This document shows positions 17,635 through 26,283 of a stretch of 62,576 bases of DNA, in pieces. Origin of the DNA: Dehalococcoidia bacterium (GTDB lineage: Bacteria; Chloroflexota; Dehalococcoidia; UBA2979); contig JAIBBD010000005.1 of NCBI GenBank assembly GCA_019694855.1, positions 1 to 62,576 of the forward strand. Direction: 5' to 3'. The notes below the pieces were generated by a model that did no database searches, was not told where the DNA came from, and saw only the letters and a program-made list of their open reading frames with translations. Each line of letters begins with the position of its first letter. Positions within the stretch are counted from its first letter, which is position 1. The position numbers and the translations under genes were made by a program.

Positions 17635-18585
17635 CTACGAGTAACGGATGCGCGGGTCGATCAGCGCATAGGTCAGGTCGATCGCCAGGTTCACGAGGAT
17701 GTACACGGAAGCCATGACCATGACCGTGCCCTGAACGACCGTGTAGTCGCGATGGATGACCGCGTCGTAGGTGTACCGGCCCATGCCCGGCAGCGAGAAG
17801 ATCTGCTCGAGGACCACGAGACCGCCGAGCAAGAAGCTCACCTGCGATCCCATGATCGTGATGACGGGAATCAGTCCGTTGCGCAGCGCGTGCTTCACGA
17901 CGACGGTGCGGTCGCGAAGACCCTTCGCCCGGGCGGTGCGCACATAGTCTTCGCGCATGACCTCGAGCATCGCAGAACGAGTCATGCGGGCACTCACCGC
18001 GGAGAAGCGGTAACCGACGATGAGGGCCGGGAAGATAATCGCGAGGAAGTTCTGCCACGGGTGCTCCCAGGGCCGGTACCAACCGAACTCGGGAAGCCAA
18101 TGAACCTTCACGGAGAGGAACAGCAGCAGCATCGTCGCGATCCAGAAGTCCGGAAGCGACAGGCCAGTCACCGCGAAGAGGCGGGCGACGTAGTCAACCC
18201 AGCTATTCTGGCGAACTGCGGAGATCACACCGAGCGGGATCGCGATGCAGACCGCCGTGAGAATCGCAAAGACCGCGATCTCCATTGAGATCCCCATGCG
18301 GCCGACGATGGTGGGGAGCACCTCGTTGTCGTCCCAGAGGGACTTGCCGAAGTCGCCACGGATGACTCCGGAGCCCCAGTCGAGGTACTGGACGACGGGA
18401 TTGCGGTCGATGCCAAGCTCAGAACGCATCTGCGCGAGCTGCTCCGGAGTGACATAGCCACTCTCGGAGAGTCGAGCCATGACCACGTCGCCCGGCACCA
18501 GCCGGACGAGCGAAAAGACCAAGATCGAGACGACCACGAGCGTCGGTATGGCCAGCAAGAGCCGGCGAAGGATGTACTGTCCCAT
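17635..18585 (-). CDS. ABC transporter permease (DppB/OppB-type)
   Basis: From ATG 18583-18585: MGQYILRRLLLAIPTLVVVSILVFSLVRLVPGD...DYVRTARAKGLRDRTVVVKHALRNGLIPVITI.... The upstream part of ORF 17635..18786 was rejected. Confidence 0.85.
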   Translation of the reverse strand: MGQYILRRLLLAIPTLVVVSILVFSLVRLVPGDVVMARLSESGYVTPEQLAQMRSELGIDRNPVVQYLDWGSGVIRGDFGKSLWDDNEVLPTIVGRMGISMEIAVFAILTAVCIAIPLGVISAVRQNSWVDYVARLFAVTGLSLPDFWIATMLLLFLSVKVHWLPEFGWYRPWEHPWQNFLAIIFPALIVGYRFSAVSARMTRSAMLEVMREDYVRTARAKGLRDRTVVVKHALRNGLIPVITIMGSQVSFLLGGLVVLEQIFSLPGMGRYTYDAVIHRDYTVVQGTVMVMASVYILVNLAIDLTYALIDPRIRYS

Positions 18586-18847
18586 AACCCGAAGCCCCCC
18601 TCTGACAGAACGCCTCAGCGGCCGGTGTAAACCGGCGCTGGGTACGACCGTGGCAATGATAGTACGTGGTGTGTCAATCCTGCGGATTCGTAATTGCGTG
18701 GTGGACGCAGAGCAGCGATGCATGTGAAGGAGCCGGCGGTCGGCAGCCCGGGGCGGGCCAAACTGCCTGTAGCGTCGACGCTGCATATACTCGTGATAGA
18801 TCCGGCCGCGTGACCGGGTGCGAACGAGGTTCAGGGAGGATACGGCG

Positions 18848-19195
18848 TTGGCGACAACTCAGAAACCGGCGGCCAAGGCGACAACAGCCAAGCCTGCGGC
18901 GAAGACAGCTGCGAAGCCGGCGGCCAAGGCACCTGCGGCCGCGAAGACCACCGCTACCAAGGCCGCCACGACCAAGGCAGCGTCCACCGCGAAGGCGGCC
19001 CCCAAGGCCGCCGTGGCCAAGGCGGCGGCTCCGAAGGCAGCTGCGGCGAAGGCCGCGCCCGCCAAGGCGGCCCCGAAGGCGACGGCCGCCAAGGCGGCGC
19101 CGGCGAAGGCGCCAGCCGCGAAGGCAAAGGCACCCGCCGCGAAGACGGCCACCAAGGCCGCGACCACCGCGAAGGCGGCGGCGCCCAAGAAGTAG
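18848..19195 (+). CDS. Histone H1-like Ala/Lys/Pro-repeat basic protein (putative nucleoid-associated)
   Basis: (M)ATTQKPAAKATTAKPAAKTAAKPAAKAPAAAKTTATKAATTKAASTAKAAPKAAVAKAAAPKAAAAKAAPAKAAPKATAAKAAPAKAPAAKAKAPAAKTATKAATTAKAAAPKK. A TTG at 18848 lies 7 nt after AGGGAGGA. An alternative GTG start is at 18818. Confidence 0.6.
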   Translation: MATTQKPAAKATTAKPAAKTAAKPAAKAPAAAKTTATKAATTKAASTAKAAPKAAVAKAAAPKAAAAKAAPAKAAPKATAAKAAPAKAPAAKAKAPAAKTATKAATTAKAAAPKK

Positions 19196-19284
19196 GCAGA
19201 CGGGTCTCCAGGCTCGGCCCCAGGTCGCCGGGTCGCCAACGACCTGGGGCATGCCTCCGCGATTCCTCATGGCTCCCCGGGTGT

Positions 19285-19306
19285 GCACCCCCTCCCGGTG
19301 GGTATG
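19285..19306. promoter_or_regulatory. Candidate CsoR operator upstream of the copper operon
   Basis: tgcaccccctcccggtgggtat is a GC-rich pseudo-palindrome with ACCC...GGGT arms and C/G tracts, about 30-50 bp upstream of the first gene of the copZ-like/csoR/copA operon. CsoR boxes are known to be of this general type. Confidence 0.3.
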
Positions 19307-19333
19307 GTATCCTCCCCGCGGGAGGTTCCGTCC

Positions 19334-19870
19334 ATGATGCAGCTCACTCTGTTTGCTCCGGACATCACCTGCGATCACTGCATTGCCACGATTGCCCGCA
19401 CCGTCGACGGGCACCCGGGGGCGCGTTTTCTGACAGGCGACGTCGAGGGGAGGCGGTTTACCCTCGAGATCGAGAGCGGCGGCGTCCTCGATGCCCTGAC
19501 TGCGGCGCTGGAAGCCGAAGGATATCCGTTGGGACCGGCCGACCTCTCGCTCACGAGTCGGGCGACTCAATCGAGCGACAGCTCGTGGACGCCCTCCTAT
19601 CGGGTCAAAGCGACTGACGCGGGAGCCGAGATCAACTACGACTGCCCCTGTAGCTGCGTCGCGGGCTTTGCATTCAGCCGCGCCGTCGCTGTGGCGGAAC
19701 CCGAGTCGTGCTGCTGTGGCCGCTCTATGCTCGTCGGCCGGGGCGCCGAGGAGCGCCTGCGCGCCGGCATCGAGAGCAGTGCGTACCGCTTCGACGTACA
19801 GACGCTCACGATGCCCTGGGGACAGCCGCTGGAAGTCGCTCTCGCGATTCCAGCGGAGCCGACACACTAG
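19334..19870 (+). CDS. Heavy-metal-associated (CopZ-like) domain fused to a Cys-rich C-terminal domain
   Basis: ATG 19334 follows GGGAGG. The HMA-like N-terminus is MMQLTLFAPDITCDHCIATIARTV... (CxxC). The C-terminal ~110 aa contain NYDCPCSCVAGFAF...ESCCCGRSMLVG. The gene is first in an operon with csoR and copA. Confidence 0.7.
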   Translation: MMQLTLFAPDITCDHCIATIARTVDGHPGARFLTGDVEGRRFTLEIESGGVLDALTAALEAEGYPLGPADLSLTSRATQSSDSSWTPSYRVKATDAGAEINYDCPCSCVAGFAFSRAVAVAEPESCCCGRSMLVGRGAEERLRAGIESSAYRFDVQTLTMPWGQPLEVALAIPAEPTH

Positions 19871-19879
19871 GCGACCGCG

Positions 19880-20143
19880 GTGGACCAGGACACTCAACGC
19901 GACGTACTCCGACGCCTCTCGTACGCGGAGGGGCACCTCGCGGGCATTCGCAAGATGGTCGAGCAGGACACGTATTGCGTTGACGTACTGAAGCAGACAT
20001 ATGCGGTGCGGCGCGCCATTGCGAAGCTCGAGCAAAAGCTGCTCGAGGGACACCTGCACCACTGTGTCGTCGAGGGGGTCCAGCGGGGTGACGCCGCCGT
20101 GCTGGATGAGCTGGCGGAGCTGTACGCGCTCGCGAACAGGTAG
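19880..20143 (+). CDS. csoR: CsoR-family copper-sensing transcriptional repressor
   Basis: ...RRLSYAEGHLAGIRKMVEQDTYCVDVLKQTYAVRRAIAKLEQKLLEGHLHHCV. The C...H...C ligand pattern is present. Length is 87 aa. Confidence 0.85.
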   Translation: MDQDTQRDVLRRLSYAEGHLAGIRKMVEQDTYCVDVLKQTYAVRRAIAKLEQKLLEGHLHHCVVEGVQRGDAAVLDELAELYALANR

Positions 20144-20149
20144 GTCGCC

Positions 20150-22531
20150 ATGACCAGCGTGCAATCGCGCGATGAACGCGCATCCACGGAGAGCCAGGTC
20201 CGATTCGCGGTACGGGGCATGACGTGTGCCTCCTGTGTACGGCGTGTCGAACGGGCGCTCGCGGGGGTACCGGGCGTTGAGCGTGCCTCGGTGAACCTCG
20301 CGACCGAGGAAGCCACCGTGTCGTTCGCCGACGGGCTTACACCGCCGCCAGCCGCACTGGAGGCGGCGGTCGAGCGCGCCGGCTACAGCCTGCGCAGCAA
20401 CACCGGTGAGGACGAGGACGAGTCACGCGACGCGCTCGAGCGGGAGCGGCTTGAGGAAGTGCGCGCGCTGCGCGTGCGGACATGGTTCGCGCTCAGCGTC
20501 GCCGCGTTCCTCATGGTCGGCATGCAATGGCACCGCGTACCCGTCCTCGACGGCATCCCGGCTCGGGTGATGCACCCGCTGTTCTTCGCGCTCGCAACAC
20601 CGGTGCAGTTCTGGGCCGGCTGGCGCTTTTACGCTGGCGCCTGGCGGGTCGGCCGCCACGGGTCGGCGGACATGAACACGCTGATCGCGTTCGGCACGAC
20701 CGTCGCGTACGCGTACTCGGTGGTGGCCACGTTCTTCCCCGGGGCGTTCGACGCCGTTGGGGGCCACGCGCACACCGGCGCTGCGGGCCATATCCAGTTC
20801 GAGGTGACGACGTACTTTGACACGTCTGCGGCGATCATCGCGCTGGTGCTGCTCGGGCGACTGCTCGAGGCCCGGGCGAAGGGGCAGACCTCGCAGGCTG
20901 TGCGGGCGCTGATCGCGCTGCGGCCACGTCTCGCCCGGGTGATCGAGGATGGCCAGGAGTACGAAATCCCCTTGAGCGCGGTGCAGCCGGGCGACCTCGT
21001 TGTGGTGCGGCCGAGCGAGCAGGTGCCGGTCGATGGCGAGGTCGTCTCAGGCGGAAGCGCCGTTGATGAGTCGATGCTCACCGGCGAACCGCTACCGGTC
21101 CCGAAAGGCCCCGGGGATTCGGTGTTCGGCGCGACGATGAACTCGACGGGCATGCTGCAGGTGCGCGCGACAGCGGTGGGCGCGGACTCGGCTCTGGCAC
21201 GGATCATCCGGCTGGTCGAGGAGGCCCAGGGCTCGAAGGCGCCGATCCAGCGGGTCGCGGATAGCATCGCGGCGGTCTTCGTGCCGGTGGTGATCGCGAT
21301 CGCGCTCGCGACGTTCGCGGCGTGGTGGGCGCTGGGGCCAGAACCGGCGTTTACGCTCGCGGTCCTCAACGCGGTCACGGTGTTGATCATCGCATGCCCG
21401 TGCGCCCTCGGGCTGGCGACGCCGACCGCGATCATGGTGGGGAGCGGGCTCGGAGCGCGGCACGGCGTGCTGATCCGGGACGCGCAGGCGCTCGAGGTTG
21501 CACGGCGAGTCGACACGGTCGTCCTCGACAAGACCGGGACGGTGACCGAGGGGCGGCCCAGCGTCGTCGGCGTGCTGGCAACCAGCGGGCTCAACGAAGA
21601 CGAGCTGGTGCGCCTGGTCGCTTCCGCGGAGCGAGGGTCGGAGCATCCGCTCGCCTCGGCCGTGGTGGCGGAGGCGGAGCGGCGCGGGACCGACCTCGAA
21701 TGGCCGGACACGTTCCGAGCGCTCGTCGGCCAGGGCATCGAGGCGACGTTCGGAGGGCGGACGTTGCTGGTCGGGAACCGCGAACTGCTCGCGGAACGCG
21801 GTGTGATCGCGGCGGAGCTCGAGCGAGAGGCGACCGAACGCGCGGTGGTGGGGCAGACTTCGCTGCTGGTGGCGGTCGACGGGCGAGCGGCGGGATTGAT
21901 CGCCGTGGCGGATCCGGTGCGGGCGACCTCGGCGGGGGCGATTGCACGGCTGCAGGCCATGGGCGTCGAGGTGGTGATGCTGACGGGCGACCAGCAGGCG
22001 ACGGCCGAAGCGGTGGCCTTGCAGGTGGGGGTACAGCGCGTGATCGCCGGCGTGCGGCCGGAAGGCAAGTCGGAGGTCGTGCGGGAGCTGCAGGCGCAGG
22101 GGCGGCACGTGGCGATGGTCGGTGATGGCATCAACGACGCGCCGGCCCTCGCGGCGGCGGAGGTCGGGATCGCGATCGGGACGGGCACGGACGTCGCGAT
22201 GGAGGCGGCGCCGATCACGCTGATGCGCCCGGACCTCGGCGGGGTGGCGACGGCGATCGCGGTGAGCCGGGCGACGATGCGGACGATGCACCAGAACCTG
22301 GCATGGGCGTTCGGGTACAACGTGGTGCTGATCCCGGTGGCGGCGGGTCTGGGGTACCTCGTGTTTCACGAGGCGCTGGGGACGGCGGTGCCGCTGGTGC
22401 TGCAGCCGGTGTTCGGGGAGCAGGGGTTCCTGAACCCGATCGTCGGGGCGCTGGCGATGGCGATCTCCTCGGTGTCGGTGATGACGAACTCGCTGCGGCT
22501 GCGGCGAGCGAGGGTCGATTCGTTTCGATAG
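20150..22531 (+). CDS. copA: Copper-translocating P1B-type ATPase
   Basis: The N-terminal HMA is [16 protein letters not shown]. The TM CPC motif is [13 protein letters not shown]. The phosphorylation site is [11 protein letters not shown]. The hinge is [13 protein letters not shown]. Length is 793 aa. Confidence 0.95.
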   Translation: MTSVQSRDERASTESQVRFAVRGMTCASCVRRVERALAGVPGVERASVNLATEEATVSFADGLTPPPAALEAAVERAGYSLRSNTGEDEDESRDALERERLEEVRALRVRTWFALSVAAFLMVGMQWHRVPVLDGIPARVMHPLFFALATPVQFWAGWRFYAGAWRVGRHGSADMNTLIAFGTTVAYAYSVVATFFPGAFDAVGGHAHTGAAGHIQFEVTTYFDTSAAIIALVLLGRLLEARAKGQTSQAVRALIALRPRLARVIEDGQEYEIPLSAVQPGDLVVVRPSEQVPVDGEVVSGGSAVDESMLTGEPLPVPKGPGDSVFGATMNSTGMLQVRATAVGADSALARIIRLVEEAQGSKAPIQRVADSIAAVFVPVVIAIALATFAAWWALGPEPAFTLAVLNAVTVLIIACPCALGLATPTAIMVGSGLGARHGVLIRDAQALEVARRVDTVVLDKTGTVTEGRPSVVGVLATSGLNEDELVRLVASAERGSEHPLASAVVAEAERRGTDLEWPDTFRALVGQGIEATFGGRTLLVGNRELLAERGVIAAELEREATERAVVGQTSLLVAVDGRAAGLIAVADPVRATSAGAIARLQAMGVEVVMLTGDQQATAEAVALQVGVQRVIAGVRPEGKSEVVRELQAQGRHVAMVGDGINDAPALAAAEVGIAIGTGTDVAMEAAPITLMRPDLGGVATAIAVSRATMRTMHQNLAWAFGYNVVLIPVAAGLGYLVFHEALGTAVPLVLQPVFGEQGFLNPIVGALAMAISSVSVMTNSLRLRRARVDSFR

Positions 22532-22615
22532 CCCGGAATGAAACGAAGGAAACGAATCGGCCTCGCCAGATTCGATCGGTGATTCGTTTCATTCGTTCCC
22601 TTCGTTTTCGGGGGT
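22515..22615 (-). repeat. Copy B of the ~100-bp palindromic repeat (inverted relative to copy A)
   Basis: The reverse complement cccccgaaaacgaagggaacgaatgaaacgaatcaccgatcgaatctggcgaggccgattcgtttccttcgtttcattccgggctatcgaaacgaatcga aligns with 3460-3558. It overlaps the last codons and stop of copA (22515-22531) and the last codons and stop of the convergent gene (22589-22615). Confidence 0.8.
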
Positions 22616-23005
22616 TTGGCGCGGCGCCGGGGGAGCCGGCTCGATGGGCTCGGGTGTGGCGGTGAGCGCCGTGTTGATGGCGTCGTGGAACCAGCGGAGG
22701 ACCTCCTGCGGCGAGCGACCGCCGCGGTAGCTGCGCGAGGTTCCGGCCCGATGGAGGCGGCGGATGGCGCGTTCGATGGCGGCGACGCGCTCCTCGACGG
22801 TCGGGTGCGGTCCCATGCGGGCCAGCTCGAGGCGGACAACGACCGCGAACACGGCGAAGACGTGATCGCGCATCTCGCCGGGCGGGGCCATGCGGAAGGC
22901 GTGGCCGAGGCGCCTGGAGTAGCGACCGTCCTTGAAGGCATTGAGGTTGCCGGGCTGGCCGCCACGGCCGCGCGGCGGCCGAGGGGTATGCTCGATTTCA
23001 GGCAT
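22589..23005 (-). CDS. Hypothetical protein with N-terminal GGQPGNxNAxKxGxYS-type motif
   Basis: From ATG 23003-23005: MPEIEHTPRPPRGRGGQPGNLNAFKDGRYSRRLGHAFRMAPPGEMRDHVFAVFAVVVRLELARMGPHPTVEERVAAIERAIRRLHRAG...ENEGNE. This is the protein-like portion of ORF 22589..23533. Confidence 0.55.
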   Translation of the reverse strand: MPEIEHTPRPPRGRGGQPGNLNAFKDGRYSRRLGHAFRMAPPGEMRDHVFAVFAVVVRLELARMGPHPTVEERVAAIERAIRRLHRAGTSRSYRGGRSPQEVLRWFHDAINTALTATPEPIEPAPPAPRQTPENEGNE

Positions 23006-23128
23006 GGGAGGCCTCCTCACCCTGGTGAGGTCGGGATGCGAGGGTAGCCGTCGCGGGCGGCAGATCCGAGGCGGAATCGGCACGCGGCGTGGCAGAGAGC
23101 GGCGTCGAGCGCGGGCTACACTGGATCG

Positions 23129-24160
23129 GTGGGCAGACCAGGACAGCGCCGAAACCCGGGCCGAGCCGCGCGCCCTCACGGGCGGAGCGGCCCGCGAGCG
23201 CGCGACCTCGCGCTGGGGCTGTTGCTGCTCGGACTCGGCGGGCTGCTCGCGGGCTGCACCGGCGCCCAGGCGGACCCGTCCGCGAGTCAGCCGGCGCGCG
23301 TCGTGGCGAGCCCGACCGCGACCGGCGGCGTACCGACCGCGACCGCCTCGGCAGGCGGATCGACGAGCGACCTGGTGGCGGCACGGCCGTACCGGCTCGT
23401 CGAGCCGCCGGACACGGCGGGAGGCGGGCCGGCCCCACTGATCGTCGTGCTGCACGGATACGGGCAGGAGATCGCCTCGGACGCGTTCCATCTCGACCCG
23501 CTGGCGAAGTCGGAGGGGGCGCTGGTGGTGCACCCGCCGGGGACGCCGGACGTGCTGGGACGCCGTTTCTGGAACGCAACCGACGTGTGCTGCGACTTCT
23601 TCGCGCAGGGGGTGGACGATGTGGCGTACCTCCGCGCGGTGATCGATGACGTGTCAGCCCATCACGACGTGGACCCGAAGCGGGTCTATGTGGTGGGCTA
23701 TTCAAACGGGGCGTTCATGGCGCAACGGCTGGCGTGCGACCTGGCCGACCGGGTGGCCGCCATCGTCTCGATCTCCGGGGTGAATTTCCTGGACCCGGCG
23801 GCCTGTCAGCCCTCGGAGCACGTGGCTGTGCTGCAGGTGCACGGGGACGCGGACCCGGTGGTGCAGTACCTGGGCGGGCGGTTTGGGACGGACGGGGCGC
23901 TCTATCCATCGGTGACGGCGTCGATCGAGGGGTGGCGCGACCGGAATGAGTGCGCGCCGACGCCGGAGGTGGAGGAGTCGGCATTCGACCTCGCACCGCG
24001 GCTCGCGGGGGCGGAGACGGCGGTGACGCGGTACGAGGGGTGCGCGCCGGGGGGCGCGGCGGAGCTGTGGACGGTGCACGGGGGGAGCCACGACATCGAG
24101 TTCTCGGCGGCGTTCGCGAGCAAGGTGTGGGGGTTCCTGGAGGAGCACGCGAGGGGGTAG
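23129..24160 (+). CDS. Secreted/lipoprotein esterase, PHB-depolymerase (LpqC-like) family
   Basis: A lipobox-like LLLLGLGGLLAGC is present. Also ...PLIVVLHGYGQ...KRVYVVGYSNGAFMAQRLAC (GxSxG)...LQVHGDADPVV. Confidence 0.75.
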   Translation: MGRPGQRRNPGRAARPHGRSGPRARDLALGLLLLGLGGLLAGCTGAQADPSASQPARVVASPTATGGVPTATASAGGSTSDLVAARPYRLVEPPDTAGGGPAPLIVVLHGYGQEIASDAFHLDPLAKSEGALVVHPPGTPDVLGRRFWNATDVCCDFFAQGVDDVAYLRAVIDDVSAHHDVDPKRVYVVGYSNGAFMAQRLACDLADRVAAIVSISGVNFLDPAACQPSEHVAVLQVHGDADPVVQYLGGRFGTDGALYPSVTASIEGWRDRNECAPTPEVEESAFDLAPRLAGAETAVTRYEGCAPGGAAELWTVHGGSHDIEFSAAFASKVWGFLEEHARG

Positions 24161-24458
24161 GCCCTCGTCAGTGCTTCGTGCGCCGGATTGGAGGGGCGCG
24201 CCTCGCGGCCCGGCTCTCTGGTCCCGGGACGGATCCCCTCCCACCTCGGAACCGGGGTCCGCGCGTTGATTCCGTCAGCTCGTTCGATGTACCGAGGCGG
24301 GAAGTCGTGAGGCCCTCACCCCCGCCCTCTCCGCGGTGGGGAGAGGGGGTCGGAGTCGTGCCGCCGCACGGGCGGCTCCCCGGACTGACCGCGGCCGGAG
24401 ACGCAGGGGATGGCGCTGACGCGGTGCGGCCGCTGACGCGTGCGGCAGTGCGGACGGA

Positions 24459-24899
24459 TCAGATGGAGCCGTAGACGCGCACGGGCTCGAATTCGTAGAT
24501 GAGACGGCCATCATTGCGGATGAAGGCGCGGAACTCGTCAGGGGTCATGGAACGGCCGCCGAAGTTGATAGGGGCGTCGGCGGGGGCGTCGGGTTCGTGA
24601 GCCATGGTGCGGAAGAGGCGGATGCTGAGGTCGGGGACGTCGTCGCCTTCGAGGAGGCGGACGCGTGCCTCGGCGGTGAGGTAGTCGCCGCGCGAGTTGA
24701 AGACCATGAGGGTGGCGCGGGGGTCGCGGCGGAGGTGGAGGGTGCGGAGCCGCCCGACGTTGCCGCTGCTCCAGAGGACGTCGCCGATGAGCACGCAGCC
24801 AACACGGACAGTGTGCGGGGTGCCGTCGCGGCGCAGGGTGGTCATCGCGGCACCGTGGTGCTTCGAGAAGAACTCGCGCTGTTCGGGGGTCAGTTCCAC
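24459..24899 (-). CDS. Pyridoxamine 5'-phosphate oxidase-family (PPOX class, possibly F420-dependent) protein
   Basis: From GTG 24897-24899: VELTPEQREFFSKHHGAAMTTLRRDGTPHTVRVGCVLIGDVLWSSGNVGRLRTLHLRRDPRATLMV.... This is the typical split-barrel family layout. Confidence 0.7.
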   Translation of the reverse strand: MELTPEQREFFSKHHGAAMTTLRRDGTPHTVRVGCVLIGDVLWSSGNVGRLRTLHLRRDPRATLMVFNSRGDYLTAEARVRLLEGDDVPDLSIRLFRTMAHEPDAPADAPINFGGRSMTPDEFRAFIRNDGRLIYEFEPVRVYGSI

Positions 24900-25003
24900 G
24901 GGGCCCTCCAATCGGCTCGGGCGACTATACCTCGCGGGCGGCAGTGGTCGAGGAACCGTGGAACGCAGCGGGACGTCTGTATCGTGTGTGAGCGGAGGTC
25001 GCG

Positions 25004-25681
25004 ATGAGACGCGAGGCAGTCGCAGGCTCAGGACGCGCGGTCCGTCTCGCCCTGGCAGGGGCGCTGCTCCTGCTCGCGCTGGCACCCGCCGGCGCGCGGG
25101 CGCAGGCGGTCCCTCCAAGCGGGGGGAGCGGGACGATCGTACGAGGCGAGATCCCAGCTGACGGCGGCTTTGGGCTGATCGTGTTCGGAGGCGGGACGTT
25201 CGCGCAGCTGGTGGCGGCGGCGGGCTGCCCAGGCGGGCAGGTGGCGTTCTGGACGACCTCGAACGGGCGCTTCGTGCCGTTCATCCCGCGGGCCGAGGTG
25301 CAGGCGGCGAACGCCGCGTTCGCGGCGATCTACCCGAACGAGACGATCCCGCCGAACACGCCGCTGGTGGGCCGCTGCCTCGAGCCGTCGCCGCGAGTCG
25401 TGACGCTCGACGACAACGGGATCACGCTGGAGCTGCGGACGGGCGAGGAGTTCGAGCTGCGGCTCGGCGCGAACTACAGCTGGCTGGTGGACATCGCCGA
25501 CCCGTCTGTAGTCGACCGCTCCGTCGTGATCGCGATCTATCCGCCCCCACCTCGCGGCGAGGGGGTATACCGGGCGCTGCGCCCGGGGCGCACGACGCTG
25601 ACGGCGACGGGGCGGCCGATCTGTGATCCGGCATGCATGATGCCCTCGGCGGTGTTCTCGATGACGGTGGTGGTGCGCTAG
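25004..25681 (+). CDS. Secreted protein of unknown function (C-terminal beta-rich domain, weakly chagasin/I42-inhibitor-like)
   Basis: Signal peptide RAVRLALAGALLLLALAPAGARAQA. The C-terminus reads VVTLDDNGITLELRTGEEFELRLGANYSWLVDIADPSVV...GVYRALRPGRTTLTATGRP. The functional call is weak. Confidence 0.55.
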   Translation: MRREAVAGSGRAVRLALAGALLLLALAPAGARAQAVPPSGGSGTIVRGEIPADGGFGLIVFGGGTFAQLVAAAGCPGGQVAFWTTSNGRFVPFIPRAEVQAANAAFAAIYPNETIPPNTPLVGRCLEPSPRVVTLDDNGITLELRTGEEFELRLGANYSWLVDIADPSVVDRSVVIAIYPPPPRGEGVYRALRPGRTTLTATGRPICDPACMMPSAVFSMTVVVR

Positions 25682-25748
25682 CGGGTGCTCGTGGCGGTAT
25701 GCTCCGCTGCCGGAATGTCGCGAGGCGGACGGTGGAGCGGGGCTGGGT

Positions 25749-26261
25749 GTGTTCGACTTGAGCGTGCCGGGGTGGGAGATCGTCGCGCGGACGGTGATCG
25801 TGTACGGCGCGCTGCTCGTGGGGCTGCGGCTGGCGGGCAAGCGCGAGATCGGGCAGATGACGGCGTTCGACCTCGTGGTGATCCTGCTGGTGGCGAACGC
25901 GGTGCAGAACGCGATGGTGGGGCCGGACTCGTCGTTGATCGGGGGGCTAATCGCGGCGGCGGCACTCCTCGGGGTTAACTTCGTGACGGCGGACCTGCGG
26001 GAGCGGGTGCCGTGGCTGCGGCGGGCGGTGGAGGGCAACCCGACGCTGCTGATCAACAACGGGCAGTTCGTGGAGGAGCACCTGCGGCGGGAGCACATCG
26101 ACCGCGAGGAAGTGCTGATGGCGCTGCGCGAGCACGGGCTCGACGAGCCCTCGGCGGCGCGGATGGCCGTGCTGGAAGTCGACGGTTCGATTAGTGTGGT
26201 GCCGGCCGCGGTGAAGCCGATCCAGACGCGCCGGCGCATTCGCCAGCGGAAGAAGACCTAG
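25749..26261 (+). CDS. DUF421 (YetF-like) membrane protein
   Basis: GTG start. VARTVIVYGALLVGLRLAGKREIGQMTAFDLVVILLVANAVQNAM...NPTLLINNGQFVEEHLRREHIDREEVLMALREHG... is the typical DUF421 layout. Confidence 0.7.
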   Translation: MFDLSVPGWEIVARTVIVYGALLVGLRLAGKREIGQMTAFDLVVILLVANAVQNAMVGPDSSLIGGLIAAAALLGVNFVTADLRERVPWLRRAVEGNPTLLINNGQFVEEHLRREHIDREEVLMALREHGLDEPSAARMAVLEVDGSISVVPAAVKPIQTRRRIRQRKKT

Positions 26262-26283
26262 CGGCCGCTGCGAGGAGACCTCA

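Noticed and set aside
18850-19195. Short-period DNA repetition (gccaaggc/gcgaaggc units), considered as a tandem repeat or CRISPR-like array
   Set aside because: The periodicity is the codon-level consequence of the AAKxAAK protein repeats. There are no constant repeats alternating with unique spacers, and no cas genes anywhere in the window.
18674-20164. 496-aa minus-strand ORF across the H1-like, copZ-like and csoR genes
   Set aside because: It is Arg/Gly/Leu-rich low-complexity text with no motifs. The opposite strand carries genes with SD sequences and recognisable domains.
24318-24350. Hairpin ccctctcc-gcggtgg-ggagaggg in the 298-bp gap between convergent esterase and PPOX genes
   Set aside because: The stem is only 8 bp, with no U-tract and no second copy in the window. 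It is plausible as a weak terminator but not strong enough to call as a feature.
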